A stretch of 32,000 nucleotides of DNA. It comes from Kiritimatiella glycovorans. Its GTDB lineage: Bacteria > Verrucomicrobiota > Kiritimatiellia > Kiritimatiellales > Kiritimatiellaceae. Numbering within the stretch: position 1 is the first letter of the stretch; each line of letters begins with the position of its first letter. Positions 15,908 to 22,311 of this stretch are shown in pieces. The notes beneath the pieces are model-generated. The model was not told where the DNA came from and ran no database searches. It was given only the letters and a program-made list of their open reading frames with translations. A program made the position numbers and the translations under genes. Location of the stretch: contig NZ_CP010904.1 in NCBI RefSeq assembly GCF_001017655.1, positions 1,950,001-1,982,000 on the forward strand, written 5' to 3'.

Positions 15908-16183
15908 TAAGAGAGAACGCACGATCTCTTTGCCTGTGCTCTTCTCATTCATCTTTTGGGATCGCGCCTTCGGCGCTTCGAGTACGCGTACGAGTACGAG
16001 TGCGAGTACGAATGATGTTCACCCCTTCATGCTCTTCATGTCCTTCATGGTGAATCCCATTCTCTCTCCCCCTCCGATCTACCGCATCCCACCTTTCCCG
16101 GGAACCCTTCCATAAAGACCCACGAATGACCGATTTTTTACTAGGGTTTCAGGTCTCGGCCGACCTGCCCTTCCCGGCACCGC

Positions 16184-17911
16184 TCATTCAGCCGCGAACA
16201 GCGGCACGGCCCATTTTCCGAATTCGATCACCTCTCCGGCCGCGCATGTCTTCTGGTACAGCGAGCACAGGTTGGCGGGATAGGACGTGTGCTCGAAGAG
16301 GTTGAATTCGGACAGCGCGACTTTCTCGAAGCCCTGGGCTTCGAGCTTCGCCGACTGGCTTCCGCTCGGATTGCGGTCGGGCAAAGGCGTGGCGAAATAG
16401 ACCACCCCCGCCCGGGAAACGGTCACCGATTTATCGCCGTCGATCGGCACCTGCAGGAAGCGGGCTCCCTTGAGCGCCTCGGGACATTCGGACAGCGCGT
16501 AGCCGCGGTCCGTGAAGAGCTTCGCGCCCGGATCGAACGCGAGTACCTGCACTTCGCCCGCGGCGAACGCGCCGACGGGTGAGCGGCGCAGCGCCGCTCC
16601 GTCGGCGTTGTCGCGCGGCGGGTTTTCGTCCCGCTTCCACTGCGGCGTCGCCTCCCGGGCGCCCTGATGGCGCGGGTTGCGGGCCAGCCCCTTGTCGATC
16701 ACCTGCCGGAAGAGGGCCTTTCCGGAAACCGGCTCGCCGGCCGCGACGTCCTGCTCGGTGAAGGCCGCCATCAGGATTTCTTTCGCGTGGTGGCGCTCGC
16801 GGTCGTAGATCACGTAGATCGTGCCGTCGTCGGCCTGCGTGGCGTCCGGGTAGGAAACATGGGAGCGCTCGTCGATCATCAGGCCGCCGGTCCAGCTCTC
16901 TCCGTCGTCGTCGGACAGGAAGGCCATCAGGCGCTCGCGCCGCCCGGTTTTCTCGCCGGGTTCTCCGTGCTTGACGAGCAGCAGCTTACCGGACTGCAGA
17001 CGGCCGATGTAGAAGCGGGCGACGGTGTGCTCGATGTCGGAGGGCTCCATCGGGGTCCAGGTCTTTCCCTGGTCGCGGGAAAAGCTCTCGCCGATGCCGT
17101 AGTTCATGCGGCTGAGCAGCCACAGCGAACCGTCCTCGCGCTGCACCACCTGGTTCTCGTCGCAGTTACGCCCCTCGGGCATCGGCACATGGCCGCGGAA
17201 CTCGAAGGTCCTGCCCTTGTCGGTGGAAAACAGCGGCCGGAACGGCAGCCGTCCACCGCCCTCGGCACGGGTCAGCGTACCCACCGGCCAGACCCAGGTG
17301 CCGTCGGAGAGCACGGTCGGCTTGTTCATGTGGCCGTAGTCGGTGGCGATAAGCTGCGGCGAATCCCACTCCGGCGACGGGTCGCCGGGGTTATCGGTGG
17401 TGATCGCCCACAGCTGCATGCCGCGGCACTGGTTCTCGAGCACAAAGGTCCGGTAGGAACGGATATCGTCGAAGCGCTTTTTCATATCCGCGGCGTTATC
17501 AGTCGTATAGCGGATCGGCCAGATGCTGAAGGTGAACCACATGCGGTCGTCCGGATCCATCCAGAGCCCGGCATAGGAGGCCCGGAACGGCGGATCGATG
17601 ACCATCTGCGGATCGGACCACGTGCGGCCGCCGTCGCCGCTGGTGGCCAGCATCACGATATTGCTCCAGCCCTCGCCGGTGTCGCCCGAGTCCCACGTCG
17701 CCCACAGGCGTCCGTTGGGGGCGGCGCTGATCCCGAACGAGCAGACGAACATGCGGTTTTCCGCATCGTACTCCGGACCGGGATCGGTGACGACATAGGG
17801 CATATGCGGCCAGCGCGGGGCCTGCTCCGGGTCGCTGTAGTCGGCGGCCGGCAGCGACAGTGCGGACAGCAGGACGGTCAGGGCGGTCAGTTTTTTTATC
17901 GTCTTTTTCAT
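16184..17911 (-). CDS. Secreted BNR/Asp-box (sialidase-superfamily, GH33-like) beta-propeller protein with a C-terminal about 125-aa domain shared with the GH at 10648-12810
   Basis: Start at ATG 17911 (MKKTIKKLTALTVLLSALSLPA signal peptide; SD caggaga). There are four Asp-boxes: SGDGGRTWS, STDKGRTFE, SRDQGKTWT, SDDDGESWT. I did not see a FRIP motif, so true sialidase activity is not established. Confidence 0.85.
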   Translation of the reverse strand: MKKTIKKLTALTVLLSALSLPAADYSDPEQAPRWPHMPYVVTDPGPEYDAENRMFVCSFGISAAPNGRLWATWDSGDTGEGWSNIVMLATSGDGGRTWSDPQMVIDPPFRASYAGLWMDPDDRMWFTFSIWPIRYTTDNAADMKKRFDDIRSYRTFVLENQCRGMQLWAITTDNPGDPSPEWDSPQLIATDYGHMNKPTVLSDGTWVWPVGTLTRAEGGGRLPFRPLFSTDKGRTFEFRGHVPMPEGRNCDENQVVQREDGSLWLLSRMNYGIGESFSRDQGKTWTPMEPSDIEHTVARFYIGRLQSGKLLLVKHGEPGEKTGRRERLMAFLSDDDGESWTGGLMIDERSHVSYPDATQADDGTIYVIYDRERHHAKEILMAAFTEQDVAAGEPVSGKALFRQVIDKGLARNPRHQGAREATPQWKRDENPPRDNADGAALRRSPVGAFAAGEVQVLAFDPGAKLFTDRGYALSECPEALKGARFLQVPIDGDKSVTVSRAGVVYFATPLPDRNPSGSQSAKLEAQGFEKVALSEFNLFEHTSYPANLCSLYQKTCAAGEVIEFGKWAVPLFAAE

Positions 17912-17931
17912 GGCATCTCCTGTTTGCGGGA

Positions 17932-18639
17932 TCACATGATCCCGTACGTATCGAAGGCCTCACGGGCGCCCATTCCGCCCCGGATGGCCTTCAGCACGGT
18001 CTTTTCGCCGCGGGCCTTTTCGATCGCCCGGACGAACACCTCGGTTTCGATCTCGCGGGGAACGACGCAGACACCGTCCATATCCCCGAAGACGATATCG
18101 CCGTCCGCCACGCGCACGCCCTCGATCTCCAGCGGGACGCGGAAATCGAGGACCTTGCCGCGCGGGGCCTGGTCCTGGGCGTAGCGCCCGTAGGAGAAGC
18201 AGGGGAAGTCCTGCGCCAGGATACCGCGCGTATCGCGCGAATAGCCGTTTACGACCGCGCCGGTCGCCCCGCGCTGAATCGCGCACGCGCTCATCAGCTC
18301 GCCCCACAGGGCGTACGACGGCGATGCACCGCTGCAGACATAGACCTCGTTCGGGCGCAGGTCGTCGAGCGCCTCGAGCATCAGGCCGAACGGTCGTCCG
18401 AGCAGCGGGTTGCGCTCCGCGGGTTCCGCGATCGGCGGCACATCCGCCTCCAGCACCGGCATCGCCCTCCCGACGGCCACCATATCCTTCCGCAGCGGTT
18501 TGATCCGCGGCGGCAGGAACTGGTGCAGCAGCCCCATCTTATCCATGATATCGCCTACCACGGCGGTGTACAGCTCCCCGCGCGCGAGCGCGAACAGCTC
18601 CTCGTCATCGTTCCACATCATCGAATCACCCTTCCTCAT
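17932..18639 (-). CDS. RraA family protein (class II 4-hydroxy-2-oxoacid aldolase / oxaloacetate decarboxylase-like)
   Basis: 235 aa with an RraA/HMG-aldolase-like core (..VYVCSGASPSYALWGELMSACAIQRGATGAVVNGYSRD.. and ..GDIVFGDMDGVCVVP..). The start overlaps the transporter stop (ATGA); an alternative ATG at 18621 has a ggaaggg SD. Confidence 0.8.
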   Translation of the reverse strand: MRKGDSMMWNDDEELFALARGELYTAVVGDIMDKMGLLHQFLPPRIKPLRKDMVAVGRAMPVLEADVPPIAEPAERNPLLGRPFGLMLEALDDLRPNEVYVCSGASPSYALWGELMSACAIQRGATGAVVNGYSRDTRGILAQDFPCFSYGRYAQDQAPRGKVLDFRVPLEIEGVRVADGDIVFGDMDGVCVVPREIETEVFVRAIEKARGEKTVLKAIRGGMGAREAFDTYGIM

Positions 18640-19895
18640 GACGCGATCAGTTCCATCAGCGCGACCACGGCGTTTCTCGACATGACCAGCGCGAAGATCA
18701 GGGCGGTCCCCATGCCGGCGTTCAGCCAGAACCCGGCCCTGCGCTCGCCCATGATCGACCGCTTGTTACAGAGCACGATAAAGAGCGCGACCACCAGTGG
18801 GAGGATGAACACCTGCGAGACCTGCGTGGCGATCTGGGCTGCGATCGGATTGGCGCCCAGCACCGGCACGACCAGGCCCAGCACACAGGCCACCGCGGTC
18901 AGGATGCGGAACAGCTTCGACTTGCTGTCGAACACCCCGTTGCGGTAGTCGCTGATCAGCAGCGGGGCGACCATCGCGGCCGGGAATACGGACGAGAGCC
19001 CGGCGCTGAGCGTCCCGACCAGGAACAGCGCCACGGCGTAGCGCCCCGCCACCGGTTCCAGACTCTGCACCATGTCCAGCACATGGTGGATCTCCATGCC
19101 CCGGCGGTGCAGGGCCCCGGCCGCGCAGGCCATCACCGAACCGCTGACCACGAACATCAGCGCCGCGCCGCTGAAGGCATCGATCGACTGGCGGCGGTGA
19201 TCCTCCGCCCCCCACCCCTTGGCCTTGAGCAGCAGCGGGCGGACGACGAAGGTCGGTGCCGCCATGGTCGTGCCCACAAACGCGGCGATCATCAGCGTCG
19301 CGCCGGGCACGTCCGGCACCGTCGGCACAAACCCGCGAACCACCTCGCCGGCCGGCGGGAAGACGATGAACATGGAGACGATAAAGGAGAGTCCCAGGAT
19401 GGTGACGAAGAAGATCAGCACCTTCTCGAAGAAGGAGTAGCCGCCGTGCCAGAGCAGGGCGTACATGGTCGCCATCACGACCGCCGCGATGCCCAGTACG
19501 GGCCAGTAGGCGTTTTCGGGCAGCGAAGGGATGAAGAGCCGCAACGCCTCGTAGACCGCGCTGGAGGAGAGGCCGACCAGGCCGGAGAGACAGCACCACT
19601 GGCCGACGACGACCCCGATCACCACCAGGACGGCCAGGACGTTTCCGGCCGGCATGTGCCGCCGGCAGCCGTGGACCGCCGTATCCCCCGAACACAGCGC
19701 GAAGCGCCCGGAAGCCTCGAGCAGGATCCACGAGAAGAAACAGCTGAGGGCCAGCACCCACAAAAGCTGCATGCCGAACTGACTGCCGGCCTTGCTCATC
19801 GAGGTCACGCTGCCGGTGCCGACGGTATAGCCGATGGCGAACAGCCCCGGCCCGATGCCCGCCAGTGTGCCCAGGATTTTTCGGGTAAGGTTCAT
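18636..19895 (-). CDS. NRAMP-fold (LeuT-fold) transporter lacking the canonical DPGN metal-binding motif
   Basis: 419 aa with about 11 TM segments. The N-terminus GIGPGLFAIGYTVGTGSVTSMSKAGSQFGMQLLWV aligns with the MntH segment GPG....GYIDPGN.......G..FGY.LLW, but has VGTG in place of DPGN. Both its start and its stop overlap neighbouring genes as ATGA. Confidence 0.8.
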   Translation of the reverse strand: MNLTRKILGTLAGIGPGLFAIGYTVGTGSVTSMSKAGSQFGMQLLWVLALSCFFSWILLEASGRFALCSGDTAVHGCRRHMPAGNVLAVLVVIGVVVGQWCCLSGLVGLSSSAVYEALRLFIPSLPENAYWPVLGIAAVVMATMYALLWHGGYSFFEKVLIFFVTILGLSFIVSMFIVFPPAGEVVRGFVPTVPDVPGATLMIAAFVGTTMAAPTFVVRPLLLKAKGWGAEDHRRQSIDAFSGAALMFVVSGSVMACAAGALHRRGMEIHHVLDMVQSLEPVAGRYAVALFLVGTLSAGLSSVFPAAMVAPLLISDYRNGVFDSKSKLFRILTAVACVLGLVVPVLGANPIAAQIATQVSQVFILPLVVALFIVLCNKRSIMGERRAGFWLNAGMGTALIFALVMSRNAVVALMELIAS

Positions 19896-20998
19896 GACCG
19901 GCTCCTCGTTTCAGCTTTAGCGATATCGTACCGTCGCGCTTCGTCGAGCATCACAAAATACGAGTCCGGCGGGATGTAGGCGGTGACCCAGTTTCCCGCT
20001 CCGAGAAAATAGCCGCCGCCGGGATGGCAGGCGTCGAGGACCGTCCGGGTGCGCGCGCGGATGGCCTCTTCGCTGCCGCGCGCGAGCAGATCGACATCGA
20101 TCCCGCCCAGCAGCGTCAGGCGGTCGCCGTAGCGCGCCTTCACCTGCTCCACCGGCACGATGTTGTCCTCGAACGAGTGCTTGGCGTCGATGCCCACGTC
20201 GTCGATATAATCGTCCATCAACTCGTACATGTCTCCGCACGCGTGAAGGAAGAACAGCTTCCCCTTTTCGTGTGCCAGCGCCGCCAGCCGCCGGTGCCAC
20301 GGCAGCAGGTAGCGGCGCAGCGAGCCGGGATCGATCATCAGGCCGGACTTGTACCCCATGTCGTCGGCGATGTAGAGCGCGCCGAACGAATCGAAATCGC
20401 ACAGGCAGGAGGCCACCGACACCACGAACGAACCGACCTTTTCAAACACCGCCCCGACCAGCTCCGGGTTTTCGTAGAGCGCGAAGCAGAGCGACTCGAA
20501 TCCGAACAGATCGCGGACCACCTCCCACAGGTCGAGCACGTGGAACGCGCGCATGTCGTCGGGTCTGATCCCGTCCAGCTTTTCGAGCACGGCGTAATCC
20601 GCGTCCCCCGGATCCGGCCAGGGAAACGACTCGAATTCCTCCCAGGTGGTGATCGCCCCCTTTCCCTCCTGCGACCACTCGCCCTCCAGCTTCGGGGCCG
20701 TCATGCGCGCATTTTCCGGAAAGACCCGGAACAGCTCGTGACCCAGGTGGCGATGGACCGCCAGCCTTCGCTCGAGGTCCTGATCCGGATCGTCCGGCGA
20801 CCCTCCCTCCCACAACCCCAGCCGCCCGGCGATCTCCGCCATGACATGATCGGCGATGCCGTGTTCGAAATAGTGGACGCGGTCGGGCGTACCCTCCCGT
20901 CGTACGGTCCGCATAAAACCGTCCCAGTCCGGGGTCACCGCCGGAAGGCGGACTCCCGTGTTCGCTCCTGTACCCATACTGAAAACCTGTCCCGTCAA
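19892..20998 (-). CDS. Uroporphyrinogen decarboxylase (URO-D) family protein of unknown function
   Basis: 368 aa with URO-D/MtaA-like TIM-barrel features (..YIADDMGYKSGLMI.., ..LFFLHACGDMYELMDDYIDDVGIDAKHSFED..). The start is TTG at 20998 or ATG at 20977. Confidence 0.8.
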   Translation of the reverse strand: MTGQVFSMGTGANTGVRLPAVTPDWDGFMRTVRREGTPDRVHYFEHGIADHVMAEIAGRLGLWEGGSPDDPDQDLERRLAVHRHLGHELFRVFPENARMTAPKLEGEWSQEGKGAITTWEEFESFPWPDPGDADYAVLEKLDGIRPDDMRAFHVLDLWEVVRDLFGFESLCFALYENPELVGAVFEKVGSFVVSVASCLCDFDSFGALYIADDMGYKSGLMIDPGSLRRYLLPWHRRLAALAHEKGKLFFLHACGDMYELMDDYIDDVGIDAKHSFEDNIVPVEQVKARYGDRLTLLGGIDVDLLARGSEEAIRARTRTVLDACHPGGGYFLGAGNWVTAYIPPDSYFVMLDEARRYDIAKAETRSRS

Positions 20999-21113
20999 GA
21001 ACCGCGGCGTGGCCGCATGCGTGTGCTGTGTTCCGGCCTGTATATGGGAATCGGAGCCGCGCAGGAACCTTTTTCCGTTCTCTTGAAGCAGAATGTGCTC
21101 TTCCGTATAGTCC

Positions 21114-21926
21114 GTGGTTCGTTATTGTATATATCGACCCCCGATGAACACGGAGCACTATTTTAAATCGGTCACCCGACTGCGCATCGCGCTGGAGGAG
21201 TTCGCGGCGGGCGAGATCATGCGCAGCGCGGCGTTAAAGAAGAAGGCCGCCGGGGCACTGAGCGCCCTGACGACCGATTTCAGACGCGCCCTGAAGGCGG
21301 AGGATTACGAGGCCTTCAATCGAACGGACTACCGGCTCCACCACACGCTGGTCGAACTCCCCGGCCTTCCGGTGCTGGTGGAGAACTGGGAGGCGGTATG
21401 GGAAGTCCACGCCGGGCTGCACCGCGACCGGCTCCGCGAGTACTGGCCGAATCTGCGGATCCTGGTGGAGGAGCAGGAATACCTGATCGAAGTCCTCTGC
21501 TCGTTTGATCCCGTAGCCATCCAGGACGCCATCCATAATCATCTGGAATCACTCTGGTTCCGTATTTACGAAGGCTATGCCGCTCCGCCGGCCGAACCCG
21601 AGAATCCGCTGCCGCGCGTACGGTCCTATCTCTCCTACCACCTGCACCGTCCGCTGGATCTCCGGGAGATCGCGCGCAACGTGGCCTTTACGAGCCCGGG
21701 ACACCTCTCCCGTCTGATGCGGCAGCAGTGCGGGGCGGGATTCAAGGACTACGTGCGCAATCTCCGCATGGAGAAAGGCGAGGAACTGCTGCGGCGAACC
21801 CGACTGCCCGTCAGGCAGATCGCCCGGAGGACCGGCTACCCCTCCGCCTCCCGCTTCTGCGAGTATTTCAAGCGCACGTACGGGATGACGCCGACGGCCT
21901 ACCGCAGGAAGCACCCCGACGCATGA
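21114..21926 (+). CDS. Transcriptional regulator: FCD-like (FadR C-terminal domain-like) sensor domain fused to a C-terminal AraC/XylS HTH
   Basis: The C-terminus RPLDLREIARNVAFTSPGHLSRLMRQQCGAGFKDYVRNLRMEKGEELLRRTRLPVRQIARRTGYPSASRFCEYFKRTYGMTPTAYRR is a canonical AraC double HTH. The N-terminal about 140 aa shows the FCD pattern (D..LHHTLVEL.G...L...W.....H.......EH..L...L...D...A......HL). The start is GTG at 21114 or ATG at 21144. It is divergent from the URO-D operon. Confidence 0.8.
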   Translation: MVRYCIYRPPMNTEHYFKSVTRLRIALEEFAAGEIMRSAALKKKAAGALSALTTDFRRALKAEDYEAFNRTDYRLHHTLVELPGLPVLVENWEAVWEVHAGLHRDRLREYWPNLRILVEEQEYLIEVLCSFDPVAIQDAIHNHLESLWFRIYEGYAAPPAEPENPLPRVRSYLSYHLHRPLDLREIARNVAFTSPGHLSRLMRQQCGAGFKDYVRNLRMEKGEELLRRTRLPVRQIARRTGYPSASRFCEYFKRTYGMTPTAYRRKHPDA

Positions 21927-22040
21927 CGCCGCCACCGACCCGCCTTTCCCGGCGGTCCCCTTTCCTGACTTCAACATTGCCCGAAGACGCGCTCGAATCC
22001 CCCTGTGAACATTGAAGTGAGTTTTGAATCAGGGTGTCCC

Positions 22041-22280
22041 GGCGGAAAAAAAGGGTTATTCGTGGATTTTTATGGAAGGGTTCCCGGGAAAGGTGGGATG
22101 CGGCAGATCGGAGGGGAGAGAGAACCATGAAGAACATGAAGGTTGGTTGAGGAGGGGGACATATACTCGTACTCGCACTCGTACGCGTACTCGGAGCGCC
22201 GAAGGCGCGATCCCACTCCCCCGATTCAAGGAATTCGAGTACGAGTACCGCTTCGCTGAGTACGAGTACGATATTCCCCC
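22041..22280. repeat. Truncated, inverted copy C of the mosaic repeat (terminal arm, CATGAAG module, inverted hexamer arrays around the UUCG-type hairpin)
   Basis: 22058-22125 matches the reverse complement of 16066-16131 (attcgtgg.tttatggaagggttcccgggaaaggtgggatgcgg.agatcggagg). Hexamers tactcg x5 lie at 22164-22193, hairpin gcgccgaaggcgc at 22196-22208, and the opposing array cgagtacgagtac...gagtacgagtacg at 22235-22272. The copy is flanked by the 9-bp direct repeat gggtgtccc (22032-22040 and 22281-22289). Confidence 0.7.
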
Positions 22281-22311
22281 GGGTGTCCCCATGTTGAACT
22301 CAGGCCCTTTG

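Larger units (their letters stand above)
15623..16123. repeat. Mosaic intergenic repeat element, copy B (best-preserved; terminal inverted repeats)
   Basis: The left arm 15623-15667 reverse-complemented equals the right arm 16049-16123, apart from a 31-nt insertion in the right arm. The shared blocks are ggtgaatcccattctct and cccgggaacccttccataaa. The interior holds two tandem hairpin units, a UUCG hairpin, a hexamer array and CTTCATG x3. Confidence 0.85.

Noticed and set aside
15582-16115. Small ORFs across repeat copies A/B/C, such as 15582-15863, 15769-16053, 15930-16115, 6997-7188, 7178-7612 and 22024-22581. Their products share peptide strings such as SSAARPGGPRRV, RTRTRTR and HEGHEEHEG.
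   Set aside because: The shared peptides simply reflect the DNA repeat read in arbitrary frames. Reading frames are not preserved between copies (indels of 1-31 nt), and the products are low complexity.
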